A stretch of DNA of 64,000 bases from Christensenellaceae bacterium (GTDB lineage Bacteria > Bacillota > Clostridia > Christensenellales > Borkfalkiaceae), in assembly GCA_045647765.1 (NCBI GenBank), contig JAZRMR010000005.1:1522-65521 (forward strand), written 5' to 3'. Position numbers and translations under genes: made by a program. The notes below the pieces were generated by a model. It was not told where the DNA came from and did no database searches. It saw only the letters and a list, made by a program, of their open reading frames with translations. Positions 37,085 to 45,678 of the stretch are shown here, one piece after another. The number at the start of each line of letters is the position of its first letter. Positions within the stretch are counted from its first letter, which is position 1.

Positions 37085-39370
37085 ATGGACTACGTATTAA
37101 AACTTTCAAAGGAATTCAATTTAAGGGCAGACCACTCTGCGAATATTATTTCGCTTATCGACGAGGGTAACACTATCCCGTTTATCGCAAGATACCGTAA
37201 AGAAATGACAGGCTCTTGCGACGACCAAGTGCTTCGTGAGGTTTATGATAGACTTAAATATCTTCGCAATCTTGACAAGAGAAAGGAAGAAATTATAGGC
37301 TCTATTACCGAACAAGGCAAAATGACAGATGAAATAATGATAGCGCTTGCTGGCGCAGAAACGCTTACCGAGGCGGAAGACATTTACAGACCTTTTAAGC
37401 AAAAGAGAAAAACCCGTGCAAGCGTTGCTATTGAAAAAGGACTTTCTCCGCTTGCGGATTTTATATTGTTACAGCAATCTAACGACGTTAAAGAAGAGGC
37501 TCAAAAATATTTAAATGAAGAAAAGGGTGTCGAAAGTGTAGAAAAAGCAATTGCCGGCGCTTTGGATATTATTGCAGAGCGTGTTTCAGACGACGCTGAA
37601 CTTAGGAAAACGCTTAGAAAAAAAATATTCGAAGTTGGTGAACTCTCTTGCAAACTCTTAGATGGGGAAAACGCAAAAACTTACGACATGTATGCAGAAT
37701 ACAGCGAAAAAATTGATAAAATACCCTCGCATAGAATTTTAGCAATTAACCGTGGCGAAAAAGAAGAATGCTTAAAAGTTTCAGTTGTTGTTGACGACCA
37801 AGCGTTTATACAAACAATTAAAACCATATACGCAAAGAACGACCAAAGCAGTAGTCAACTCGTAGCAGACGCTTGCGCCGACGCATATTCACGCTTAATA
37901 TTCCCCTCGATTGAAAGAGAAGTTAGGAGCGAACTTACAGAAAAGGCGAGCGAACAAGCGATAAAAATGTTTGAAGTTAACCTCCGCCCGTTACTTTTGC
38001 AACCCCCACTAAAAGGTAAAATTATTTTAGGGTTAGACCCTGCTTATAGAACGGGTTGCAAGATTGCCGTTATTGATTCTGAGGGCAACGTTTTGGATAC
38101 GGCGGTAATATTCCCCACTCCCCCTCAAAACAGAACGGAAGAAGCAAAAGAGGTTTTGAAAAAACTTATTAAAAAGCACAGCGTTTCTATTATATCAATC
38201 GGTAATGGAACTGCAAGTAAAGAATCGGAAATCTTTATTGCAGAACTTATAAAAGAAATGGAAATGGAACTTTCCTATGCCGTTGTAAACGAGGCTGGTG
38301 CGTCGGTTTATAGCGCAAGTAAACTCGGTGCGGAAGAGTTTCCGGACTTTGAGCCTGCACAAAGGAGCGCCGTTTCAATCGCTAGAAGGCTTCAAGATCC
38401 ACTTGCAGAACTCATTAAAATCGACGTTAAATCAATCGGTGTTGGGCAATATCAACACGACATGCCGGAGAATAGGCTTGAAGAAGTTTTGGGCGGTGTC
38501 GTAGAAGATTGTGTTAACAGTGTCGGTGTTGACCTCAACACTGCTTCTCCAAGTTTGTTGTCTTACGTTGCTGGGTTAAATAAAGGTATTGCTAAGGAAA
38601 TAGTTAAGTATAGGTCAAGCCAACCGTTTATCAAGCGTGAGGATTTATTAAAGGTTAAAAAACTCGGTGCAAAGGCGTTTGAGCAATGTGCAGGCTTTTT
38701 GAGAATAATAGGCGGTAACGTTTTAGATAATACGGGCGTGCATCCTGAATCTTACCCCGCTGTTAACAAACTCCTAGAAGTTACGGGATATACATTAACC
38801 GACGTTGCAGAGGGGAAAATAGGCGAAATAAGGGAAAGAATTCAACAAAAGAGTTGGGAACAGGTTGCAAAAGAGTGCGAAGTTGGCGTTCCAACGCTTA
38901 AAGATATTATTGCCGAACTCTTAAAACCCGGTAGGGATATAAGAGACAGTTTACCTAAGCCTATTTTGAGAAGCGACCTAATGGATTTATCCGACTTAAA
39001 AGAGGGTATGGAGATAAACGGTACGGTTAGAAACGTTATTGATTTTGGAGTGTTTGTGGATATAGGCGTGCATCAAGACGGGTTAGTCCACATTTCTCAA
39101 ATTTCCGACAATTATATTAAACATCCGTCTGACGTGTTAAAGGTTGGAGACCTAGTCAAGGTCAAAGTTCTAGGCGTTGACACGGTCAAGAAGAAAATAT
39201 CTCTTACAATGAAAACTGCCGAACTGCCTCACGGGTTGGTTGTTGGTAACCAAAAAACCGATAGGGAAAGAAAACAGGGAAGGCGTGATGCCGAAAAGAA
39301 AAGAGAAGGAAACAAGCAACTTTCTAACGACCAATTAAGACAATTATTAATGAAAAAATTCGGCAGATAA
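37085..39370 (+). CDS. tex: Tex-like RNA-binding transcription accessory protein
   Basis: 761 aa. N-terminal Tex domain (IPFIARYRKE), YqgF-like and HhH domains, and a C-terminal S1 domain (GTVRNVIDFGVFVDIG). Confidence 0.92.
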   Translation: MDYVLKLSKEFNLRADHSANIISLIDEGNTIPFIARYRKEMTGSCDDQVLREVYDRLKYLRNLDKRKEEIIGSITEQGKMTDEIMIALAGAETLTEAEDIYRPFKQKRKTRASVAIEKGLSPLADFILLQQSNDVKEEAQKYLNEEKGVESVEKAIAGALDIIAERVSDDAELRKTLRKKIFEVGELSCKLLDGENAKTYDMYAEYSEKIDKIPSHRILAINRGEKEECLKVSVVVDDQAFIQTIKTIYAKNDQSSSQLVADACADAYSRLIFPSIEREVRSELTEKASEQAIKMFEVNLRPLLLQPPLKGKIILGLDPAYRTGCKIAVIDSEGNVLDTAVIFPTPPQNRTEEAKEVLKKLIKKHSVSIISIGNGTASKESEIFIAELIKEMEMELSYAVVNEAGASVYSASKLGAEEFPDFEPAQRSAVSIARRLQDPLAELIKIDVKSIGVGQYQHDMPENRLEEVLGGVVEDCVNSVGVDLNTASPSLLSYVAGLNKGIAKEIVKYRSSQPFIKREDLLKVKKLGAKAFEQCAGFLRIIGGNVLDNTGVHPESYPAVNKLLEVTGYTLTDVAEGKIGEIRERIQQKSWEQVAKECEVGVPTLKDIIAELLKPGRDIRDSLPKPILRSDLMDLSDLKEGMEINGTVRNVIDFGVFVDIGVHQDGLVHISQISDNYIKHPSDVLKVGDLVKVKVLGVDTVKKKISLTMKTAELPHGLVVGNQKTDRERKQGRRDAEKKREGNKQLSNDQLRQLLMKKFGR

Positions 39371-39380
39371 CATAAAGGAA

Positions 39381-39416
39381 AAAGCGCCCTTAGTGTTTTG
39401 GGCGCTTTAAATTTTA
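39381..39416 (+). terminator. Rho-independent terminator after tex
   Basis: AAAGCGCCC-ttagtgtttt-GGGCGCTTT followed by a T-rich tract. Confidence 0.65.
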
Positions 39417-39537
39417 CTCCACAAAAAGTATTTACTATTTATGTAATTTTCATTGTTTTGTGTAATATCTTGTATAAAAATCCAAAAAATAAAGTTGTAT
39501 AATGTTGACAACCTAAAAAACTTTCGAGGTAAGAAAA

Positions 39538-40761
39538 ATGAAAAAAAGGTTTGTTGTTGTAGGTGCCGGTTTTAGATGCTATCATATGTTTGCTAAGACT
39601 ATTAGAGATAGATTTTCTGATAGATGCGAAATAGTAGGTGTATGCGACCCTAACTATAAGCGTGCTCAGGTTTACATTGATACTATCAATAAAGACATGA
39701 AGTATTATGAAGATTTCGACAAAATGCTTGAAGAATTGAAGCCGGATGCTGCGCTTGTAACCACGCCCGACGGATATCACCACAAGTATATTATCAAAGC
39801 GCTTAACGCTGGTGTTGACGTGTATACAGAAAAGCCCTTAACAACAACGAGGGAGAATTGCGAGGCCATTCGTGAAGCGGAAAAGAAGAGTGGTAAAAAA
39901 GTTACGATTACCTTTAATTGCAGATTCATACCGTTCTTCGTTCAGTTAAAAGAAGTTATAGATTCTGGAATTATAGGAACGCCGTTATCAATAAATTACG
40001 ATTATCATTTGCCATACACACACGGTGGCGATTACTTTAAGCGTTGGCATAGATTTATGGAAAAGAGTGGCGGGATGCTCGTTCATAAGTCTACCCACCA
40101 CTTTGACGTAGTTAACTGGATATTAAAAGATGACCCAGAATCGGTCGTAGCGCAAGCAAACAGAGTATACTACGGTAACGACGACCGTCCGCACGGAGAA
40201 CGTTGTTTGCAGTGTCAATATAAAGAAACTTGCACTAGTTTCGACTGGCTTGATGATGACAAGGAAGATATTCAACTCTTATACTTTGGAGCAGAATCAG
40301 TAGACGGTTATCAACGTGACCATTGCGTATTTAAGCCTGACACAGATATTTATGATAATATGAGCGTTTCTGTTAAATACAAGAAGGGTGCAATATTAAC
40401 GTATAGTTTGCATATGTTTAGCCCAACCGAAGGCTTTAGAATTAACGTTACGGGAACTAAGGGTAGGTTAGAAATGGCAAGCCATTTTGACTTTAACAGT
40501 GCGTTGCCGTACGAAGAAATCGTCGCATATCTTGATGATAAGAGCATACACACTATTAAATGCCCCAAGGCAAGCGGTATGCATAGTGGTGGCGACGAAA
40601 GAATGTTAGACATGTTCTTTGCAGACAGACCCGACCCCCTTGGACAGTGTTCAACCAGTTATGATGGAATTAAATCTGCAATGATAGGTATTGCGGCTAA
40701 CGAGAGTATAAAGACAGGCAAAAGAATCGAACTAAGCGAATTCCTCAATAAAATGAAATAA
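39538..40761 (+). CDS. Gfo/Idh/MocA-family oxidoreductase
   Basis: N-terminal Rossmann motif VVGAGFR and an EKPL motif. Confidence 0.8.
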   Translation: MKKRFVVVGAGFRCYHMFAKTIRDRFSDRCEIVGVCDPNYKRAQVYIDTINKDMKYYEDFDKMLEELKPDAALVTTPDGYHHKYIIKALNAGVDVYTEKPLTTTRENCEAIREAEKKSGKKVTITFNCRFIPFFVQLKEVIDSGIIGTPLSINYDYHLPYTHGGDYFKRWHRFMEKSGGMLVHKSTHHFDVVNWILKDDPESVVAQANRVYYGNDDRPHGERCLQCQYKETCTSFDWLDDDKEDIQLLYFGAESVDGYQRDHCVFKPDTDIYDNMSVSVKYKKGAILTYSLHMFSPTEGFRINVTGTKGRLEMASHFDFNSALPYEEIVAYLDDKSIHTIKCPKASGMHSGGDERMLDMFFADRPDPLGQCSTSYDGIKSAMIGIAANESIKTGKRIELSEFLNKMK

Positions 40762-40763
40762 TA

Positions 40764-41930
40764 ATGAAAAAAGTTATAAAGAATGCAAACGTTGTTCTTA
40801 TTGACGAGATATTAACAAATGCAAGTGTTTTAATAGAAGACGGCGTTATTAAAACAATTTCTAGTGAGAATATTGATTGCTTAGACGTGTTAGACGCAAA
40901 CGGACTTTTCCTTGTACCGGGATTTGTAGATTTGCACTGTCATGGCTGTATGAATTTGGATTTTATCGACTGTGATAAAGAACAAATGAAGCAAATTGCA
41001 GATTTTCATTTGCGACATGGAACAACTACTATGCTAGCAACCACTATGACGGTAACAGATGATTTAATTGAAGACTGTTTAAAAACTTTTTCAGAGTATC
41101 TAAATGAAAATCGCAGTTCAAACGTTGTAGGCGTTCATATGGAGGGACCTTATTTTTCTCCTGACGAATGTGGCGCACAAGACCCGTCGGTTATGAAAAA
41201 GCCCACCAAAGAAGAATTAAATCGCCTAAAAAACAACTATCCGTTCATTAAACGCATTTCTGTTGCGCCAGAATTAGAAGGGGCAATGGAGTTTGGAAAA
41301 GAGGGTGAAAAACTAGGAATAGTTATGTCTATTGGACACACTTCTGCCGACTTCGACACGGTTGTTTGTGCTAGTGAAAATGGTTATAACTTAATGACTC
41401 ATTTTTATTCGGGAATGAAAGGCGTTACAAGGGTTAATTGTTATAGGGTAGCAGGTGCAGTCGAGGCTGCATACTATCTTGACGACATGAACGTTGAAAT
41501 TATTGCAGATGGCAGACACCTTCCTCCTTCTCTTTTAAAACTTATATATAAAATAAAAGGTGCGGACAAGATATCGCTCGTTACTGATGCGACGAGGGGA
41601 TGCGGTCTTGAAAACGGACAAACGTCTTTTATCGGACCGCTCATTGCAAAAATGCCCATCGTCATTGAAAACGACGTTGCATTTACTGCCGACAGAAAAT
41701 CATTTGCAGGGAGCACGGCAACGTTTGATAGGCTTTATAAGACTATGGGGCAAGCAATCGGAAAAGATTTTGTCAATCTTTCCAAAATGGCATCTACAAA
41801 TCCGGCTAAAATTTTAGGGCTTTTTGACAGAGGAGAGATTAAACAGGGCAATAGAGCCGATTTAATCTTGATGGATGAAGATTTTGCGATTAAAAAGGTT
41901 ATTTTTGGCGGAGAGGAAGTTGAAATTTAA
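40764..41930 (+). CDS. nagA: N-acetylglucosamine-6-phosphate deacetylase
   Basis: Amidohydrolase motif GFVDLHCHG, plus HMEGPY and the family length. Confidence 0.85.
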   Translation: MKKVIKNANVVLIDEILTNASVLIEDGVIKTISSENIDCLDVLDANGLFLVPGFVDLHCHGCMNLDFIDCDKEQMKQIADFHLRHGTTTMLATTMTVTDDLIEDCLKTFSEYLNENRSSNVVGVHMEGPYFSPDECGAQDPSVMKKPTKEELNRLKNNYPFIKRISVAPELEGAMEFGKEGEKLGIVMSIGHTSADFDTVVCASENGYNLMTHFYSGMKGVTRVNCYRVAGAVEAAYYLDDMNVEIIADGRHLPPSLLKLIYKIKGADKISLVTDATRGCGLENGQTSFIGPLIAKMPIVIENDVAFTADRKSFAGSTATFDRLYKTMGQAIGKDFVNLSKMASTNPAKILGLFDRGEIKQGNRADLILMDEDFAIKKVIFGGEEVEI

Positions 41931-42025
41931 AATTTTTTTCACGCACTAGAAAAAAATTTAAATCATTATTTGACAGATTGCCCTTTAAAATGTAAAATAT
42001 AATTACATCTTATAGGAGGCAAGTT

Positions 42026-42517
42026 ATGGCAAAGAAAAAAAGAAATAATAAACTATATGCCGGTATTTCGGTGATTTTCGGTATAATTGCGTTGGTTACG
42101 TTATTTTTGCCGGCAATTGCAATTAAGGAAACAGAAACTACATACAGAGGGATAGATTTGGCGTTCGGTTTAAAAAAGGATACTTTTTTAGGAACGGCTG
42201 AAATTTTCGCCTTTTCAATTATGAACCTTTTAACATACTTACTTGTTCTTGCGGGGATTATTTTTTCCTTGCTTGGCGCAAAAGGAAAAGGCAACGGGTT
42301 TGCAAACTTTATCGCTTTTGGCGCTTTCGTTGCAGCAACGGTGTTTTTCTTGTTGCAAGTAGCGTTTTGCGTTCCTAATGACGGTTTAACCAGCATTGTG
42401 GGTGCATTGGGCGGAGACGTAAAAGATGCCTTAACTCTTACATACGGCTCGTTTATAGGTGCTTCTGCAAGCGCAATCGGCGCACTATCCTTTATAGCAA
42501 AAAAATTCTTAAAATAA
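42026..42517 (+). CDS. Small integral membrane protein of unknown function
   Basis: Four hydrophobic segments. TAGGAGG RBS. Confidence 0.55.
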   Translation: MAKKKRNNKLYAGISVIFGIIALVTLFLPAIAIKETETTYRGIDLAFGLKKDTFLGTAEIFAFSIMNLLTYLLVLAGIIFSLLGAKGKGNGFANFIAFGAFVAATVFFLLQVAFCVPNDGLTSIVGALGGDVKDALTLTYGSFIGASASAIGALSFIAKKFLK

Positions 42518-42534
42518 TATCACCATAGAAAAAG

Positions 42535-42575
42535 AAAACGGTTGGAAATTTTATATTTCAGCCGTTTTTTATTTT
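42535..42575 (+). terminator. Rho-independent terminator
   Basis: AAAACGGTTGGAAAT-tttat-ATTTCAGCCGTTTT-TTATTTT (with G-U pairs). Confidence 0.6.
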
Positions 42576-42725
42576 GCCAATAAAATTGATAAATATCGAC
42601 AAAATATGATAAATTTTAACAATTTATATTAATATGTGGAAAAATGTGTGAAAATTTTTCAAAAAAGTTTTAAAAAGGCGTGAAAATTGCTTTACAAATA
42701 TTGTCGAATGTAGTAATATATCATT

Positions 42726-42824
42726 GTCGAAAGGAACAAACCAGACGGCAAAAACAAAGCTCATCATTTTCCCCCTTATCATATATTATTCAGGAAGCAG
42801 TAAACGGTGTTTATTGCTTTTTGA
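42726..42824 (+). ncRNA. Candidate small RNA unit 0 (unique body, shared terminator module)
   Basis: Promoter TTTACA (42691-42696), 17-nt spacer, TAATAT (42714-42719). The body contains UUUUCCCCCUUA. It ends at hairpin AGCAGTAAAC-ggt-GTTTATTGCT plus T-run (42796-42824). No credible ORF. Confidence 0.35.
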
Positions 42825-42854
42825 ATTTTAAATGTACAAACAGTTATATACTTC

Positions 42855-42949
42855 CTTCTCCTCCGCAGTAGCTACGGAGCACTAGTTCGTCAAGGAAGGA
42901 AGAGTCAAAGTCGTGCAGGAAGCAGTAAACGGTGTTTATTGCTTTTTGA
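42855..42949 (+). ncRNA. Candidate small RNA unit 1 (about 95 nt)
   Basis: Own promoter-like TTGAAT (42821-42826), 18-nt spacer, TATATA (42845-42850). The body is CTTCCTTCTCCTCCGC-AGTA-GCTACGGAG...GAAGGAAG. Terminator hairpin plus T-run at 42921-42949. Confidence 0.4.
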
Positions 42950-42978
42950 ATTTTAAATATAAAAACAGTTATATACTT

Positions 42979-43073
42979 CCTTCTCCTCCGCAGTAGCTAC
43001 GGAGCACTAGTTCGTCAAGGAGGAAGGGTCAAAGTCGTGCAGGAAGCAGTAAACGGTGTTTATTGCTTTTTGA
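42979..43073 (+). ncRNA. Candidate small RNA unit 2 (near-identical copy of unit 1)
   Basis: Same promoter-like boxes (TTGAAT 42946-42951), same body, and terminator at 43045-43073. Confidence 0.4.
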
Positions 43074-43174
43074 ATTTTAAACGGATAATTCTTAAAAAAG
43101 TATTAATTTGGTTAAAATAAAAAATTTTTTAAAAAGCATTTACAAATTAGACTAGTTATGTTAAAATCTTAAAA

Positions 43175-43630
43175 ATGCAAATACTAGGGACTAAAGAGAT
43201 GAACAAAGGTAATATTGCAGAAGAAAATTTTAAGAGCGGAATGAATTGTGCACAGGCAGTAACTCTTGCGTTTAAAGAGGAAATGGGGCTTTCCGAAGAC
43301 ACGCTTAAAAAACTAACAATAGGTTTTGGTGGCGGACTTGCCCGTCAACGTCAGGTGTGTGGCGCTGTGCTTGGAATGAGTTTGGTGCTGAGTTATTTAA
43401 CATCAGACGGAAATGATAAGACAAAAATCTATTCTTTAATCAAGGATGCTTGTAAAGAGTTTGAAGAAGAAACTGGCTCTATAATTTGTGCTAAACTGCT
43501 TGACGAAAATACGTTAAAAGACAAATCTTCTATGCCAGAAAAAAGAACGGAAGAATATTATAAAAAAAGACCGTGCGCAAAAATTTGTAAACTTGCCGGC
43601 GAGATTGCCCAAAAGTATTTGAATTTATAA
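43175..43630 (+). CDS. C_GCAxxG_C_C-family protein (putative redox-active); start may be ATG 43199
   Basis: Motifs GMNCAQAV, GFGGGLARQRQVCGAVLG, CAKLL and PCAKICKL match that family as I recall it. Confidence 0.75.
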   Translation: MQILGTKEMNKGNIAEENFKSGMNCAQAVTLAFKEEMGLSEDTLKKLTIGFGGGLARQRQVCGAVLGMSLVLSYLTSDGNDKTKIYSLIKDACKEFEEETGSIICAKLLDENTLKDKSSMPEKRTEEYYKKRPCAKICKLAGEIAQKYLNL

Positions 43631-43639
43631 GGAGGAAAT

Positions 43640-44032
43640 ATGGAAGAAAACAACGTTATAAATGTAAATCAAAAAAAATCAAGTGCAAAGAAGAACATAA
43701 TTTATATAATTCTTGCAACACTTTTGTTGCTTGCTTATATAATTTTTACAGTGGCGGTAACGATTGATTATAGTGCTATAATGGCAATGCCAGAGGGTAA
43801 CGACAAACAACTTCAAATAGGATTTTTCTTATCGATTACAGTAATAATATTTGGTTTTATAGTATATGGTGCCATAGCAATAGTTAGCCTAATTTGTTGG
43901 ATAGCTTCAATCATAACGCACAAAAAAGTTCAAACGTATAAATTGTGGAAAATATTTTTTGCAGTTACAACTTTTCTTCCCATAATTACCGAGATATTAT
44001 TAATTATTTTAATGAAATCTGCAACAAACTAA
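43640..44032 (+). CDS. Small integral membrane protein of unknown function
   Basis: Three or four hydrophobic segments. AAGGAGG RBS. Lies 10 nt after the preceding gene. Confidence 0.55.
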   Translation: MEENNVINVNQKKSSAKKNIIYIILATLLLLAYIIFTVAVTIDYSAIMAMPEGNDKQLQIGFFLSITVIIFGFIVYGAIAIVSLICWIASIITHKKVQTYKLWKIFFAVTTFLPIITEILLIILMKSATN

Positions 44033-44096
44033 AAAAAGTTTAAAACCACCTATCAACTTTAAAGGTTTAACTCGTATAAGTTAATAATAAAATTCA

Positions 44097-44128
44097 AGTC
44101 TTATCCTTTCGGTAAGACTTTTATTTTT
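44097..44128 (+). terminator. Rho-independent terminator
   Basis: AGTCTTATC-ctttc-GGTAAGACT-TTTATTTTT. Confidence 0.65.
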
Positions 44129-44182
44129 GCTAGTTGTCAATTTTTGTTGCTTTTAATCGTAAGATATAGTATTATTTTATAT

Positions 44183-45115
44183 ATGATATACAATAACGTT
44201 TTACAAGCCATCGGGCATACGCCTATAATTAGGCTTAATAGAATTAAAGAAAAAGGCTCTGCTGATATTTTGGTTAAGTTCGAAGGTCTTAACGTTGGTG
44301 GGTCTATAAAGACCCGCACCGCATATAACATGATTATAGAGGCGGAAAAGCAAGGAATTATCGGCAAAGACACCGTTATCGTTGAGCCTACCAGTGGGAA
44401 TCAAGGCATAGGACTAGCGCTTGTGGGCGCAGTTAAAGGCTATAAAACCAAAATTATTATGCCTGATTCGGTTAGCGAAGAGAGAAGAAAACTCGTCCGT
44501 CATTACGGAGCGGAGGTCATTTTAATGCATGACGACGGAAATATTGGAGATTGCATTGACAGATGTCTCAAACTTGCCCTCAAAATGCAAGAAGAGGATA
44601 AAAACGTTTTCGTGCCTCAACAGTTTGCCAATCCTGCAAACCCAACCGTTCACCGTCATCACACTGGGCTAGAAATTTTAGAACAGGTTGCCGGGCCTAT
44701 TCACGGATTTTGCTCGGGCATAGGTACGGGCGGAACTATAACGGGTATAGGAGAAGTATTAAAAGCACAAAATCCTGATATAAAAATTTGGGCGGTTGAG
44801 CCTGAAAACGCTGCTATTTTGGCAGGAGGGACTATCGGCACGCATATCCAAATGGGAATAGGCGACGGGTTAATTCCACCAGTTCTTAACTGCGATATTT
44901 ATCAAAAGATTTGTATAATCAGCGACGATGAGGCTCTTGAAACTTCCCGTCAACTTGCTAAGTTAGAGGGAATAATGTGTGGTATTTCTTCGGGTACCAA
45001 CGTTGCTGCTGCAAAAAAACTTGCAAAGGAACTAGGCGAGGGCAAAACGGTTGTAACAGTTCTTCCCGATACCGCTGAAAGATACTTTTCTACTCCTCTC
45101 TTTGACGGAGAATAG
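44183..45115 (+). CDS. cysK: Cysteine synthase A (O-acetylserine sulfhydrylase)
   Basis: N-terminus MIYNNVLQAIGHTPIIRLN, PLP-lysine region NVGGSIKTR, and GTGGTITG. No SD-like sequence precedes this ATG. Confidence 0.9.
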   Translation: MIYNNVLQAIGHTPIIRLNRIKEKGSADILVKFEGLNVGGSIKTRTAYNMIIEAEKQGIIGKDTVIVEPTSGNQGIGLALVGAVKGYKTKIIMPDSVSEERRKLVRHYGAEVILMHDDGNIGDCIDRCLKLALKMQEEDKNVFVPQQFANPANPTVHRHHTGLEILEQVAGPIHGFCSGIGTGGTITGIGEVLKAQNPDIKIWAVEPENAAILAGGTIGTHIQMGIGDGLIPPVLNCDIYQKICIISDDEALETSRQLAKLEGIMCGISSGTNVAAAKKLAKELGEGKTVVTVLPDTAERYFSTPLFDGE

Positions 45116-45134
45116 ATAAAAAACTATAAATTTT

Positions 45135-45162
45135 ACCGTTCGATATGTCGAGCGGTTTTTTT
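45135..45162 (+). terminator. Rho-independent terminator after cysK
   Basis: ACCGTTCGA-tatg-TCGAGCGGT-TTTTTT. Confidence 0.7.
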
Positions 45163-45195
45163 GTGCCCAATTTTTATAATTTGAGTGTATTTTAT

Positions 45196-45254
45196 TTGAC
45201 AAAGTGCCATAATGTTACTATAATACTAATTGCAACTAAATTAGGTGCAATTAG
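45196..45254 (+). promoter_or_regulatory. Consensus sigma-A promoter followed by a 9-bp inverted repeat (candidate Rrf2 operator)
   Basis: TTGACA (45196-45201), 17-nt spacer, TATAAT (45219-45224). Then CTAATTGCA (45226-45234), 11 nt, TGCAATTAG (45246-45254). Confidence 0.6.
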
Positions 45255-45261
45255 AGGAAGA

Positions 45262-45663
45262 ATGAAATTATCGTCAAAAACCAAATACGGGCTGAAAGCC
45301 TGTCATTTTTTGGGGCTTAGTTACCCGAAAGAAGTTGTTTCGGCAAGTTCGCTTGAAAGCATGTTGTCTGTTTCAGGAAAATACCTTGAAAAAATAATGA
45401 GGACTTTATCAAAGCGTGGCATTGTAGGCGCAACCAGAGGGGCAAACGGTGGATATTATTTATTAAAGCACCCAAAACATATAACCGTTGGGCAAATAGT
45501 TCGTGCGTTGGAGGATGAAATAGAACTTATAGAATGCGTTAAGGAGGACGGAAAGTGTAAATGTTGCCCGTCAAGTGGTGTTTGGAAAAGGCTCCATAAA
45601 GGTATAAACGACATTCTTGATTCAATGACGATAGAACAGATGATTAAAGGCGAATTACAGTAG
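45262..45663 (+). CDS. Rrf2-family transcriptional regulator (IscR/CymR-like)
   Basis: MKLSSKTKYGLKA... wHTH and a C-terminal Cys cluster (CVKEDGKCKCCP). AGAGGAAG RBS. The track ORF is over-extended upstream. Confidence 0.88.
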   Translation: MKLSSKTKYGLKACHFLGLSYPKEVVSASSLESMLSVSGKYLEKIMRTLSKRGIVGATRGANGGYYLLKHPKHITVGQIVRALEDEIELIECVKEDGKCKCCPSSGVWKRLHKGINDILDSMTIEQMIKGELQ

Positions 45664-45678
45664 CCGTCGGAGAAAATT

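Larger units (their letters stand above)
42791..43081 (+). repeat. Tandem direct repeat, period 125/124 bp: two full units plus a third partial copy (terminator module only)
   Basis: Copies start at 42791, 42916 and 43040 (CAGGAAGCAGTAAACGGTG...). By manual alignment the two full copies differ by 3 substitutions and one 1-nt indel. Confidence 0.9.

Noticed and set aside
42791-43081. CRISPR array.
   Set aside because: The period is 124-125 bp and the whole unit is repeated. There are no short repeats separated by unique spacers, and no cas genes in the window.
42680-43160. Tandem small ORFs inside the 124-bp repeats. GTG follows an AGGAAGGAAGAG RBS-like tract and encodes about 27 aa, (V)QEAVNGVYCFLNFK[C/Y][T/K]NSYILPSPPQ. 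These could be multicopy RiPP or bacteriocin precursor peptides. The track ORF 42680-42871 is the first of them.
   Set aside because: The strongest structure in each unit, a terminator hairpin plus T-run, lies inside the putative coding sequence. Both substitutions between copies that fall in the ORF are non-synonymous. The third copy diverges right after NFK. No maturation or export genes are adjacent. I cannot exclude it, but the RNA interpretation fits better.
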